A stretch of DNA of 64,000 nt from an uncultured Desulfosarcina sp. (GCA_963674945.2 CAXXWQ010000004.1:2624001-2688000), one strand, 5' to 3'; positions 29,991-40,596 are shown, numbered from the stretch's first letter. Program-made: numbers and translations. The notes: a model not told the origin generated them from the sequence alone.

Positions 29991-30935
29991 CTAATTGATC
30001 TCCGGGTCATCCTGTCTATAGTTACTGAGCGGGGGAACGGATTCCATGTCCAGACCCGGCGAGTAATCGTATTTTTCCCTGACGCTGGATTCCAGTTTGC
30101 TGGTCAGAAGCCGCATATTGATCCCGACCGGACAGGCAGACTCACAGGCCCCGCAGTCGACGCATCTGCCCGCACAGTGAAATGCCCTGAGAAGATGAAA
30201 GGTAAGGATATCCGTCTGCTGCTGTCCCTTGCCGCACCACTGGGGATTGTGCTCGTCAACGAAACAGACGTCGCAATAGCACAAGGGGCAGGAATTGCGG
30301 CAGGCATAGCAGCGGATACAATCCTGAAAGGTCTGATTGAAGCTGTCCCAGCGTTCATCGGGATTCAGCGCGTCCCAGGGGGCGGCCATCTCGTCGATAT
30401 CCCCGCCGCCGGTCTCCTCACCCTTTTCTCCGATGAATTCGTCATACAGCACCGCATTTCTGTGGGTGCAGGTGATGCAATTGTTTCTCCTGACCTCAGC
30501 AAAGGGAACACGCTCCGTGAAGCCACTCCCCTCAACCAAAATCTCGTCTCCTTCCAGGGTGACCCGGTGCAAAACCTTGCCTGGAAATCTTTCCTGAATC
30601 TTCTTCGCATCCACCATGCCCGGTGAGTGGACACCCAGGATATAAACGTCGTCCCGGTCGACCTGATTCTCCTTGATCAGCCCAACGATGCTCCGGCTGA
30701 CGCATCCTTGCGCGACGATAGCGTTTTTTCCCGGCCGGCCGATCAAAAAATTGGCCAGGTTCTGGGTGCAAAACACCGACCAGGTCAGTTGCCCGGCATC
30801 TTCCGGGGTATAGGCAAAAAACGGCTGTTCCTGCATGGGAACGGTTCCCTTCTTATACCCGATCACGCAGTCCACCCGGCCGCTTGAGAGGAGCGCTTCG
30901 GCGCGGGTTCTGATTTGTTCGATGATTTCTTTCAT
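29991..30935 (-). CDS. flxC: FlxC (4Fe-4S dicluster protein)
   Basis: CIRCYACRNSCPLCYC..C, AGRCVDCGACESACP; start overlaps flxD stop. Confidence 0.82.
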   Translation of the reverse strand: MKEIIEQIRTRAEALLSSGRVDCVIGYKKGTVPMQEQPFFAYTPEDAGQLTWSVFCTQNLANFLIGRPGKNAIVAQGCVSRSIVGLIKENQVDRDDVYILGVHSPGMVDAKKIQERFPGKVLHRVTLEGDEILVEGSGFTERVPFAEVRRNNCITCTHRNAVLYDEFIGEKGEETGGGDIDEMAAPWDALNPDERWDSFNQTFQDCIRCYACRNSCPLCYCDVCFVDEHNPQWCGKGQQQTDILTFHLLRAFHCAGRCVDCGACESACPVGINMRLLTSKLESSVREKYDYSPGLDMESVPPLSNYRQDDPEIN

Positions 30936-31366
30936 AAAATCTCTCCCTGAATATCCCTCACCAGTCGCCTTGCCGGGCCCAGGGCTTTGACAGCTTCCAC
31001 CACCTTGCGTGCGGTCTCTTGAAATTTTCCTGCCTCGGCGGCAGATATCCATGAAAAATGGAGTCTGCCCGGTTCAAGGCCGATGTATTCCACGAGGTCT
31101 TTGAACATGACGAACCGCCTCCTGGCATAAAGGTTACCGCTCAGATAATGGCAGTCTCCGGGATGACAGCCGGAGACCCAGACCCCGTCCATTCCGTGGC
31201 GAAAGGCCTGGAGGATATATTTCGGACTCATTCCCCCGGTGCAGGGAATCCGTATGACCTTGATCCCCGGGGAGTATTGCAGTCGTCCGACCCCCGCCAG
31301 ATCCGCGGCCCCGTAGCTGCACCAGTTGCATAAAAACGCCATCACTTTGGGTTCCCATTCCGACAT
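30932..31366 (-). CDS. flxD: FlxD / MvhD hydrogenase iron-sulfur subunit
   Basis: FLCNWCSYGAADLAG, IPCTG, GCHPGDCHY, WISAAE. Confidence 0.88.
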   Translation of the reverse strand: MSEWEPKVMAFLCNWCSYGAADLAGVGRLQYSPGIKVIRIPCTGGMSPKYILQAFRHGMDGVWVSGCHPGDCHYLSGNLYARRRFVMFKDLVEYIGLEPGRLHFSWISAAEAGKFQETARKVVEAVKALGPARRLVRDIQGEIL

Positions 31367-31390
31367 ATCAATCTCCTTTGCGATCTGCCA

Positions 31391-31532
31391 GAGGCTGTTT
31401 GAAAAGTTTGGATAAGGTCCGATAACAAGGCGGAAAGTGGTTCGAAAGCGGAGCATATATGGTATATGTGAGCATTTTGAGACACTTTCCAACGCCGGTA
31501 GCGGGCCTTAAACGGGCTTTTCAAGCAGACTC
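31391..31532 (+). repeat. Intergenic palindromic repeat family B, copy 1 (142 bp)
   Basis: Ends gaggctgtttgaaaag / cttttcaagcagactc; homologous to 35396-35537 and 42164-42303. Confidence 0.92.
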
Positions 31533-34500
31533 TCAGCTTGCTTCGATCATGGCATACACCTGATTCATATTCGTTCCGTTCAACAATATTGCCCCCGAAC
31601 GGCAAGAGGCCGCACAAAGCCCGCATCCTTTGCATAGGGACGCATTGATTTGGGCCTTGCCCGCGAAGGGGCCTTCTTCCACCAGAAAGGGCGCCGAGTA
31701 GGGGCAAATGGCTACGCAGGTCCCGCAACTGCTGCAAAAGGCCGGACTCACCTTGGCCACTTCCCCACTGGAGAAAATCTTCTCCTGGGCCAGCAGGGTA
31801 ATGGCTCTGGAGGCAGCGGCCTTGCCCTGGGCGATGGACTCGTCGATGCTCTTGGGATAATGGGCCATGCCGCACAAAAACATCCCGTCGATGGCGAACT
31901 GCGAAGGCCCCAGCTTGACATGCTGCTCGGCGAAAAATCCGTCTTCGGTCAGAGGCAGTTTATAAAAACCGGCCAGGGTCTCGTTCTCTTCGGGTACGAT
32001 GGCGCCTGCCAGGGTGAGCAGGTCGGTTCTGATTTCAAGGACTTGCTGGAGAATGTGGTCCTTCACTTTGACCAGCAGTCCGTCATCTTCGGCAACGACC
32101 TCCGGTTTTTCATCCAACGAATAACGGATAAAAATAACGCCGGCCGCCCGCGCCTCGCTGTAGATCGCCTCCCTTTGCCCATAGGTGCGGATGTCCCGGT
32201 AAAGGATGAAGACATCCATGTCCGGATTCGCTTTTTTCAGTTCCAGGGCGCTCTTTACGGAATGGGTACAGCAGACCCTGGAACAATAGGCCCTTCCCTC
32301 TTGCCGGGATCCCACGCACTGGATGAACACCGCCCGGTTCAGGGCCTTGAGAGTTTCTCTGTCCGCCATGAGCATGCGGTCCAGTTCCAGTCCGGTCTTG
32401 ACCCTGGGGTCCTTGCCGTACAGGTATTCGTCGGGCCTGTATTCCCTGGCGCCGGTGGCCACTACGGCCACGCCGTGGGCGATATGCTCCTGCCCCTCCC
32501 GGTTTTCGATGGAAGTATCGAAATTGCCAACGAAGCCTTTGACATCGGTTATTTTCGAGTCCAGGTGCACGACGATGTTGGGCTCGTCCGCCACTTCCCG
32601 GATCATCGCCGCAAGATTGTCCTGGACGTCCTCGCCTTTCCAGGTCTTGTACAGATGTCTGGCCTGGCCTCCCAGCACCGGTGACTTTTCCAGAAGGTGG
32701 GTTTCATGCCCCTGCCGGGCCAGGCTCAAGGCAGCGGACATGCCCGATATCCCGCCGCCGATGACCAGGGCCTTCTGGTCAATGCCCAACTCCTGTTCTT
32801 CCAACGGCTCGCTGAAGGCGATGGCGGACACGGTCATGCGTACCAGATCCTTGGCCTTTTGGGTGGCCAGGTCCGGATCGTCCTTGTGTACCCAGGAGCA
32901 GAGGTTGCGGATATTGACCATGCTGAACAGGTAGGGGTTGAGACCGGCGTTGACCAGGGTCTCCTTGAACAACGGATCGTGGGTCTTGGGGCTGCAGGAG
33001 GCCACGATGACCCGGTTCAGCATCTTTTCCTTGATGATATGGGTGATGTCTTCCTGGGTGTTTTGGGAGCAGGTGTAGAGGTTGTATTCGGAATACTCCA
33101 CAAAGGGCAGGGTGGCGGCATAGTCCGTGACCGCCGGTACATCCACCACGCCGGCGATGTTGCTGCCGCATTTGCAGACAAACACGCCGATCCTGGGTCG
33201 CTGTCCGAAGACACTCTTTTCCGGGACCCATTCCTTGACCCGGGTTTGGGAATGTCTGGCCGGGCTCAGAATCTCGCCGGCGGCCGCGCTGGCCGCGCTG
33301 GCATCCACGACCGAGGTGGGAATGTCCTTGGGGCCCTGAAAGGCGCCGCTCACAAAGATACCCTCCCGGGTGGTCGAAATGGGGCTGAACGAGGTGGTTT
33401 GGCAAAAGCCGTCCCCATTCAATTCAACGCCCAGTTTATCAGCCAGAGCCTTGGTCCTGGCGCTGACCTGGAGCCCCACGGACAGAACCACAATGTCGAA
33501 GACCTCGGTCTTTACCCGGCCGTCGTCGTCCAAAAAGCCCAGTTCGAGATCCCCGGTCTCATCAATCTGCCGGACGGTATGGACCCGGGAGCGGATGAAC
33601 CGGACGCCGTCTCTGTCCCTGGCGTCATTGTAACAGCGCTCGAAGTCCTTTCCATAGGTCCGCATGTCCATGTAAAAGATTGCGCAATCCAGGTCCTTGG
33701 AGGCATGTTCCTTGGCGATGATCGCTTCCTTGATGGCGTACATGCAGCAGACCGAGGAACAGTAGCCATGGGCGCTCCGGTTGATATCCCTGGAGCCGAT
33801 ACATTGCAGCCAGGCGATTTTTTTGGGTTCGGTCCGGTCGCTGGGCCGCATCAGATGGCCGAAGTAGGGTCCCGATGCGCTCAGGATCCGTTCGAACTCG
33901 GGACTGGTGACCACGTTCGGGTATTTGCCGTATCCCAGAAAATCCATTTCTCCGGGATCGAAGGCCTCGGTGCCGGGACACAAAATGATGGACCCGATCT
34001 CAAGGTCTTGTTCCACCGGCCGGTCATCGTACTTGATGGCCTTGGCCAGGCACATGTTCTCGCAGAGTCCGCAGCCGATACAGACGTCCTGATCGATGGC
34101 GAAGGAGAGCGGCACGGCCTGTGGATAGACGATGTAAATGGCCCTTCGATCCCGCATGTTCTGGTTGTAGGCGTCCACCGCGCTCACAGGACAGGTAGCC
34201 GCGCACTGGCCGCAGCCGGTACAGACATCGGGGTCTATGAAACGGGGCTTTGTCTTGACCTTGACCCGAAAGTCGCCCGCCTTTCCGTCGACCTGCGCGA
34301 TCTCGGTGTTGGTAAGGATGTCGATGTTCAGATGCCGCCCCACCTCGACCAGCTTGGGAGACATGATACACATGGCACAGTCGTTTGTGGGAAAGGTCTT
34401 GTCCAGCCAGGACATCATTCCCCCGATGGCCGGGGACTGCTCCACCATATAAACCCGAAAACCGGAATCGGCCAGGTCCAAAGCGGTCTGTATCCCGGTT

Positions 34501-34556
34501 ATCCCGCCGCCCACGACCATCACCGATCCTTGCATGTTTCCAGAAACGCTATTCAT
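31533..34556 (-). CDS. hdrA: Heterodisulfide reductase subunit A-like flavoprotein (~1000 aa)
   Basis: GGGITG, LDKTFPTNDCAMC, QCIGSRD..CSSVCC, second GGGISG FAD site, C-terminal 2x[4Fe-4S]. Confidence 0.93.
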   Translation of the reverse strand: MNSVSGNMQGSVMVVGGGITGIQTALDLADSGFRVYMVEQSPAIGGMMSWLDKTFPTNDCAMCIMSPKLVEVGRHLNIDILTNTEIAQVDGKAGDFRVKVKTKPRFIDPDVCTGCGQCAATCPVSAVDAYNQNMRDRRAIYIVYPQAVPLSFAIDQDVCIGCGLCENMCLAKAIKYDDRPVEQDLEIGSIILCPGTEAFDPGEMDFLGYGKYPNVVTSPEFERILSASGPYFGHLMRPSDRTEPKKIAWLQCIGSRDINRSAHGYCSSVCCMYAIKEAIIAKEHASKDLDCAIFYMDMRTYGKDFERCYNDARDRDGVRFIRSRVHTVRQIDETGDLELGFLDDDGRVKTEVFDIVVLSVGLQVSARTKALADKLGVELNGDGFCQTTSFSPISTTREGIFVSGAFQGPKDIPTSVVDASAASAAAGEILSPARHSQTRVKEWVPEKSVFGQRPRIGVFVCKCGSNIAGVVDVPAVTDYAATLPFVEYSEYNLYTCSQNTQEDITHIIKEKMLNRVIVASCSPKTHDPLFKETLVNAGLNPYLFSMVNIRNLCSWVHKDDPDLATQKAKDLVRMTVSAIAFSEPLEEQELGIDQKALVIGGGISGMSAALSLARQGHETHLLEKSPVLGGQARHLYKTWKGEDVQDNLAAMIREVADEPNIVVHLDSKITDVKGFVGNFDTSIENREGQEHIAHGVAVVATGAREYRPDEYLYGKDPRVKTGLELDRMLMADRETLKALNRAVFIQCVGSRQEGRAYCSRVCCTHSVKSALELKKANPDMDVFILYRDIRTYGQREAIYSEARAAGVIFIRYSLDEKPEVVAEDDGLLVKVKDHILQQVLEIRTDLLTLAGAIVPEENETLAGFYKLPLTEDGFFAEQHVKLGPSQFAIDGMFLCGMAHYPKSIDESIAQGKAAASRAITLLAQEKIFSSGEVAKVSPAFCSSCGTCVAICPYSAPFLVEEGPFAGKAQINASLCKGCGLCAASCRSGAILLNGTNMNQVYAMIEAS

Positions 34557-34578
34557 ATCGAAGACTCCTTAAACACAA

Positions 34579-35334
34579 TCATAAGGTTATGAACGCGGCC
34601 CGGTTTTCAGAAAAACCTGTGAACTCCACCGTGCCGATTTTTTCCATATCCGCCAGCAGATAGGATATGGTGGTGAGCGCAAGACCGGTTTGTGCGCCGA
34701 TGTCCTGGACCGTTTTACAGCCCGTTTCAATGGCGGCGTAGATCAGGTTTTCCTGGTACTCCTGGTCCGCTGTCCGATCCAGCAAGGGCTCGTATTGCTC
34801 CGCCGTCCAGGGGCGATGGTACACATCGCCCTTTTCGACCAGATCTTTTTGAACGCCGACCATCCAGCGGATTTTCTCCCCGTCCAGGGTTCTGCGGACG
34901 GCCTTGAGGGGCAGCGCCAACCCTTCGCGGTCCAGGGGACCCAACTCCTTGATGGTCTCCACCAGCTGTGTGGTCACCTGGGCAAACCGCCGGCCCTCGG
35001 CCGCCGAGACCCAGGCCAGCCGAAGCCGACTGCCGCCGATGCCCGCGCGTTCCAGAAGGCTTCGGGTCAGGCGGATCTTGCTTTCCGCATGCACATTCCC
35101 GTCGATGTAATGGCACTCTCCGATATGGCAACCGGCGACCAGGACCCCGTCCGCACCCTGAATCAATGCATCCAGAATAAAAACCGGGTCCACCCGCCCG
35201 CTGCACATCACCCGGACCGGACGCAGATTAAGAGGGTACTGAAAACGGGATACGCCGGCCAGGTCCGCTCCGGCGTACGCGCACCAATTGCATAAAAAGG
35301 CGATAATCTTGGGTTCCATCTTTTGCATGACCAT
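34579..35334 (-). CDS. MvhD-like iron-sulfur subunit with C-terminal helical/wHTH-like extension (BamF-like architecture)
   Basis: FLCNWCAY, VMCSGRVD, GCHIGECHY plus ~110-aa extension ending TVQDIGAQTGLALTTISYLLADMEK. Confidence 0.85.
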   Translation of the reverse strand: MVMQKMEPKIIAFLCNWCAYAGADLAGVSRFQYPLNLRPVRVMCSGRVDPVFILDALIQGADGVLVAGCHIGECHYIDGNVHAESKIRLTRSLLERAGIGGSRLRLAWVSAAEGRRFAQVTTQLVETIKELGPLDREGLALPLKAVRRTLDGEKIRWMVGVQKDLVEKGDVYHRPWTAEQYEPLLDRTADQEYQENLIYAAIETGCKTVQDIGAQTGLALTTISYLLADMEKIGTVEFTGFSENRAAFITL

Positions 35335-35395
35335 ACTCCTTTGCCAGGCGGTCTAACGCCTGTAGAAAAAATCATGGACCGTTCTCTGTTCGTGA

Positions 35396-35537
35396 GCGCC
35401 CGTTTGAAAAGGCAGGATCAGGCCCGATAACAAGGCGGAAAATGGCTCAAAAGCGGAGCATATATGGAATATGTGAGCATTTTGAGACACTTTCCAACGC
35501 CGGTAGCGAGCCTTAGACGGCCTTTTCCAACGGGCGA
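35396..35537 (+). repeat. Intergenic palindromic repeat family B, copy 2 (142 bp)
   Basis: Ends gcccgtttgaaaagg / ccttttccaacgggc; core nearly identical to copy 1. Confidence 0.92.
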
Positions 35538-38500
35538 TTAGAAGGCTGCGGCAATGGCATCTTCTATCTGTCCGGCCCTGAAGTGCAGCATGTCGATGGT
35601 CTTCTGGGGACAGGAGGCGGCGCAAACCCCGCAGCCCTTGCAGGAGGCGGCGATACGTTCCGGCCTGAGACCCAGGTCGACGACCGGCTCCATCTTGATC
35701 GCCCCGAAGGGACACACCCTGGCGCACAGTCCGCAGCCGATGCAGTTTTCAAGGTCGATTTGCGAGACCAGCGGAGAGACATGAACGGTGTCCTTGGACA
35801 ACACCGTGGCTGCCTTGGAGGCGGCGGCCTTGGCCTGGGAAATGGATTCTTCGATGGGCTTGGGATAATGGGCCAGCCCGCACAGGTACATCCCGTCCGA
35901 TGCGAATTCCACGGGCCTCAGCTTGGCATGGGCCTCCATCAGGAAGTTTTCGTCGTTCCGCTGCAATTTGAAGATGTTGATCAACCGGCTGTTGTCGTTG
36001 GGCACGATGGCGGTGGACAGGTTCAAAAGATCCACCTCCACATGGATTTGCCTTCGAAGGACAGGCTCGAAAACCGAGACGACCAGTTTGTCGCCCTCCT
36101 CTTTCACCTCGGGCTTGTGCGCCAGATCGTAGCGAATGAAGAGTACCCCCAATTTTCTGGCCTTTTGATAGAGCAGCTCCTTGAGTCCAGGGGTGCGGAT
36201 GTCACGATAAAAGATGTAGACGTTCTTGTCCGGATCCTTCTCCTTGATGTGAATGGCCTGGGAGATGGCGCTCGTACAGCAAATCTGGGAACAATAGGGC
36301 CTTTGGTCGTCCCTGGATCCGACGCACTGAATGAAGCCCACGGCCCTGGCCTGTTCGAGGTCCTGGGCCCGGTCTTCCAGCTCATGCCAACAGGTGACCC
36401 TGGGACTCTTGTGGTACAGATATTCATCGGTATCCGCGGCCACACCCCCGGTGGCAAAGATCGTCACGCCGTGTTTGATCTTGCGGGTTACATCCCCGCA
36501 CAAAACCGTCGTCTCGAAATTGCCCACGAAACCGGTGGATTCCTGGATCTGTGAATTGAGCAATAGATTGATGGCCCGGTGCTCGGTCACCTGTTTCTTG
36601 AGTTGGCCGAGATACGCCTGGACGTCCTGCCCCGACCAGGTGAGGCCGATCTGGTTTGCAGCGCCGCCCAGTGCCGCGGTATTTTCGATGAGGCTGACCG
36701 TATATCCCTGGTCCGCCAGGGTCAGGGCGGCATTCATCCCGGCAATACCGGCGCCGACGACCAGAGCCGATTTGTCGATCTGTACGGACAGATCCGGAAT
36801 CGGCTCCAACCCGGCCGCCTTGGCCACGGCCATGCGCACCATCTCTTTGCACTTTTCCGTTGCCTTTTCCTTGTCGCCGGAGTGGCACCAGGTGCATTGG
36901 TTGCGGATATTGGCCATTTCGAACAGGTATGGATTGAGCCCGGCTTCCTTGATGGTGTCCTGGAACAACGGTTCGTGGGTCCTGGGCGTGCAGGCGGCCA
37001 CCACCACCCGGTTCAGTCCCTTTTCCTTGATGGTATTTACGATTTTGTCCTGGGTATCCTGACTGCACGTGAAAGCATTGTCTTCCACGTACGCCACGTG
37101 AGGAAGGGTCCGGGCGAATTCCGCAATGTCCGGGACATTGGCGTACCCTCCGATGTTGGAGCCGCAATTGCAGACAAAAACGCCGATTTTGGCTTCATCC
37201 GCCAAGGGGCTTTCCGCGGGATAGGTCTTGGTCTTGATTTGGCTGCCCCTGGCCGGACTCAGCAAGGTCCCGGCATTGCAGGCCGCTGCGCCGGCCTCGA
37301 CCACGGACTGGGGGATATCCTTGCAGCCGTTGATCACCCCGGCGGAGTAAATGCCCGGAACGGAGGTGCTGACCGGATCGAGATCGTCCGTTTGCACGAA
37401 ATTGAAGCGATTCAGGGAGATTCCCATGCGCTGCGCCGTCTCCACCGCCGAATCGGCGGGCTCCATACCCACCGACAGCACCGCCAGATCGAAGGTTTCC
37501 TTGACGTTTTTTCCCTCTTCGGTGGTGTAGACGATTTCCAGTGTGCCGGAGTCGTCTTTTTCCGTGATGGTGTGCACCCGTGAACGCAGGAAACGAATTC
37601 CTTCCTGCTCTGCCCGGTAATAGGCCTTTTCGAACTCCTTGCCCGATGTGCGCAGATCCATATAAAAAATGGTTCCCGAAAAGTCCGATCCCAAATGGTC
37701 CTTGGCGATAATGGCTTCCTTGATCGCATACATGCAGCAGACGCCGGAGCAATATTCGTTGTCGCAGCAATTTACGTCCCTGGAACCGATACATTGCAGC
37801 CAGGCGATCCGACGGGCGGGTTTGTGGTCGGAAAGACGAATCACCTCACCGGTCGTGGGGCCACCGGCGGCCAGAATCCGTTCGAATTCGATGCTGGTGA
37901 CCACGTTCCGGTAGGCCGCGTGCTGATAGGGAGCAAGGCCCGACGGATCGAAGGTCTTCAAGCCCGCGCTGAAAATGATGGACCCCACATGTAGCCGTGT
38001 CTCCCGCGGCTTGTCATCGAAATTTATGGCGTCGGCGGGGCAGAATTTTTCACAGGCCCGGCACCGGCCCTTTTTGAAATAGAGACAGTTTTCCGCATCG
38101 ATCTGGTATTTCAGGGGCACCGTCTGGGGATAGAGAAGATAAGCGGCCTTTCTAACACCGAGGCCCTGTTCGTATTCGTTTATGACCTTGACCGGACATT
38201 TTTCCGCGCACAGCCCGCAGGCGATGCACTTGTCCGGATCCACATACCTGGGCCGGGTCCTGACCGTGACGGTGAAGTCGCCCGCCTCGCCCTCCACGCC
38301 TTCCACGGTGGACAAGGTGAGCAATTCGATATTTTCGTGCCTGCCCACCTCAACCAGTTTTGGTGAAAGGATGCACATGGAACAGTCATTGGTCGGAAAG
38401 GTCTTGTCCAGTTTGGCCATGGTCCCGCCGATGCCCGACTCCTTTTCCACCAGATATACAAAGTACCCGGAATCGGCGAGATCCAGCGCCGCCTGTATGC

Positions 38501-38567
38501 CCCCGATACCGGCGCCTATCACCAGCACCGCCCCACACGTGTTCAGGGCCTGCGTTTCGTTTTGCAT
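35538..38567 (-). CDS. hdrA: Second heterodisulfide reductase subunit A-like flavoprotein
   Basis: GAGIGG, LDKTFPTNDCSMC, QCIGSRD..CSGVCC; AAGGAG RBS before MQNE. Confidence 0.93.
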   Translation of the reverse strand: MQNETQALNTCGAVLVIGAGIGGIQAALDLADSGYFVYLVEKESGIGGTMAKLDKTFPTNDCSMCILSPKLVEVGRHENIELLTLSTVEGVEGEAGDFTVTVRTRPRYVDPDKCIACGLCAEKCPVKVINEYEQGLGVRKAAYLLYPQTVPLKYQIDAENCLYFKKGRCRACEKFCPADAINFDDKPRETRLHVGSIIFSAGLKTFDPSGLAPYQHAAYRNVVTSIEFERILAAGGPTTGEVIRLSDHKPARRIAWLQCIGSRDVNCCDNEYCSGVCCMYAIKEAIIAKDHLGSDFSGTIFYMDLRTSGKEFEKAYYRAEQEGIRFLRSRVHTITEKDDSGTLEIVYTTEEGKNVKETFDLAVLSVGMEPADSAVETAQRMGISLNRFNFVQTDDLDPVSTSVPGIYSAGVINGCKDIPQSVVEAGAAACNAGTLLSPARGSQIKTKTYPAESPLADEAKIGVFVCNCGSNIGGYANVPDIAEFARTLPHVAYVEDNAFTCSQDTQDKIVNTIKEKGLNRVVVAACTPRTHEPLFQDTIKEAGLNPYLFEMANIRNQCTWCHSGDKEKATEKCKEMVRMAVAKAAGLEPIPDLSVQIDKSALVVGAGIAGMNAALTLADQGYTVSLIENTAALGGAANQIGLTWSGQDVQAYLGQLKKQVTEHRAINLLLNSQIQESTGFVGNFETTVLCGDVTRKIKHGVTIFATGGVAADTDEYLYHKSPRVTCWHELEDRAQDLEQARAVGFIQCVGSRDDQRPYCSQICCTSAISQAIHIKEKDPDKNVYIFYRDIRTPGLKELLYQKARKLGVLFIRYDLAHKPEVKEEGDKLVVSVFEPVLRRQIHVEVDLLNLSTAIVPNDNSRLINIFKLQRNDENFLMEAHAKLRPVEFASDGMYLCGLAHYPKPIEESISQAKAAASKAATVLSKDTVHVSPLVSQIDLENCIGCGLCARVCPFGAIKMEPVVDLGLRPERIAASCKGCGVCAASCPQKTIDMLHFRAGQIEDAIAAAF

Positions 38568-38589
38568 GTTGTCTCCTTTAGCCACCGGC

Positions 38590-39885
38590 TTAAAGCCCCA
38601 CGTTTTTGAGGTCATCTCCCAGGTATTGCCGTTCCTCTTCGCCCAGAATGCCGAGAGAGAGGCAGATCAGGGTCCACAGATGAACCGTATGGTAACCGCC
38701 TTCGTAATATTCATTTAAGTCCAGGATCTGGGAATGGCAGTTATGGCAGGGAGTGATGCAATAACCGGCACCGGTTGCCTTTATCTGATCGAATTTGACT
38801 CTGCCGAATTGTCTGCGCTGTTCGTTAAAAGGGGTCTGCAACGTTCCACCCCCGCCCCCGCAGCAGTAGTTGTTGGACCGGTTGGGGATCATATCGATAA
38901 AGTTCTCTTCCCCGACCACGGATTTGACCACAAACCGCAGGTCTTCGGCGACCGGGTCCCCGAAATTCTTTCGGATCAGCTGGCAGGGATCCTGTACGGT
39001 GAATTTGGCCTGGATATCCTTGTTCCAGTCTGAATTGACCGGCAGCTTACCCTGCTTGATCCATTCGGCATAGCAGGAAACGATGGGTTTTATCTCGAAG
39101 CTATGGGGGATCTGGTATCTTCGGATTCCCTCCACCATGGCAAAGATCTCGTGGCCGCACTCGTCGTTCAACCAGACCTTGCAGCCCAGTTCCTCCACTG
39201 TCTTGACCTTGTTTTTGACAACCTCTTCCCAGGCCTCTTCGTCGGCCAGAAACATGCAGTAGTTCTCACCGGCCCAGTGCTTGCTGCTATAGGTCCAATC
39301 CGCCCCGACCCGATGAAAAATCTTCCACAGAGGGATCATCTCTTCGGGTTCCAGTACGGGATTACGAGAATTGACAGCCAGGTAGTAGTATGCACCCTGC
39401 TTATCCATAGGAGCCTGCAAGTCTTTGAATTCGGGCTGATTCTCTCTTGTCTCGTCCAGAACGTCCTGCACCACGAACTTGAAATCATCTTCCGGCGTAC
39501 CCATGGCACTGCTGCTTTCATTCTTGAACGCCAGGTCGCAGGACAGTCGGATACCTTTCGGCCTTTTGTCTCTTGCCCAGCTTTTCCTGCAGGCGAGGAC
39601 CAACTCCGGGATATTGATACCCATGGGGCAAGCATACTGACAGCGCCTGCATTGGGTGCAGATCCAGACCCAGGGATGCTCTGTGAGTTCCTGATCCAGG
39701 CCCAGGGCCGCCATTCGCAGAAATTTTCTGGGGTCCATGTCCTCGATACCGGTCGCCGGGCAACCGGCCGAACATGCGCCGCAGGTCAGGCACATGTTCA
39801 GATTGCCGCCTTCAGGGAGGGCCTTTCTCACCGCATCCAAAAAAGTCGGCCTGGATGTAAGCGCTAACGTCAGATCAGCTTCCAT
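38590..39885 (-). CDS. Fe-S/CCG-domain oxidoreductase (HdrD/DsrK-like)
   Basis: N-terminal CLTCGACSAGCP and CTQCRRCQYACP; ECGH, QDPC, NYCCGGGGG, TPCHNC. Confidence 0.85.
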   Translation of the reverse strand: MEADLTLALTSRPTFLDAVRKALPEGGNLNMCLTCGACSAGCPATGIEDMDPRKFLRMAALGLDQELTEHPWVWICTQCRRCQYACPMGINIPELVLACRKSWARDKRPKGIRLSCDLAFKNESSSAMGTPEDDFKFVVQDVLDETRENQPEFKDLQAPMDKQGAYYYLAVNSRNPVLEPEEMIPLWKIFHRVGADWTYSSKHWAGENYCMFLADEEAWEEVVKNKVKTVEELGCKVWLNDECGHEIFAMVEGIRRYQIPHSFEIKPIVSCYAEWIKQGKLPVNSDWNKDIQAKFTVQDPCQLIRKNFGDPVAEDLRFVVKSVVGEENFIDMIPNRSNNYCCGGGGGTLQTPFNEQRRQFGRVKFDQIKATGAGYCITPCHNCHSQILDLNEYYEGGYHTVHLWTLICLSLGILGEEERQYLGDDLKNVGL

Positions 39886-40596
39886 AACAACCTCTCAGTA
39901 ATTGGGGTTCCCTAATGGTTTATGTCGACCCGAAAAACCGAGCCGATCCAAAGAAAACGTATGAAGGTATGTCTTTCGGTTTCTTTTTCTCAGGAAGATC
40001 CAAAGAAATATCCACACACGAAAAATCCGGATCAGCGATTGAGATTTTTGCTTTCACGCACACAAAAATCCCGATTTCGTGACCAAGCTCAATTCTTTTT
40101 TGGTGGAGGCAAACGGGTAACGATTTACTGAAAAACTGAATGTCTCACCTGCCGACCACCTCGATCCGGACAGACAAACTGCTCCGTCACAAATCCTGAT
40201 TCACCAATGAAAGCGCATACATATCCATCTCAAAGAATGCGCAGCATGGAGCAGCGTGCGAATTCTGTCCGTAGCCGCTATTCTTTGAATGCGACATACC
40301 TGCAATTACAAAACTGAACGTCTACCGAATCCCGGGCAGACCTATTCAGTTTCTCAGGTAAAACCGATGAAATAAGGAACTCGTAAGGAAAAAAGGCAGG
40401 AATGACGAGGGGAAGACGTTGAACGTTTACATTGAATCTTCAGACCTGTCCGTTGGCGTGTCATTTGTAAAAAAGAAGCAATTGCCATTTTAAATTAAAA
40501 ATATACAACTATTCGGTAAGAATTAGTATTTTGGCAAGCTAAATATATAAATCAGTATCGGCTGTCAAGAAAAAAAGAAAGTTGTTCCCCGCAGGA

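Noticed and set aside
31367..31492. N-terminal extensions or short ORFs reading through the repeats (also 35353-35727 and 60937-60990)
   Set aside because: These are translations of family A/B repeats, not protein sequence
32697..34592. 631-aa plus-strand ORF and similar long antisense ORFs
   Set aside because: Shadow frames of GC-rich hdrA, polA and uvrA genes with no protein motifs
39945..40075. Short direct repeats (GATCCAAAGAAA x2; CAC..AAAAATCC x2) upstream of the hdr cluster
   Set aside because: Only two copies each; cannot be distinguished from chance or assigned to a regulator
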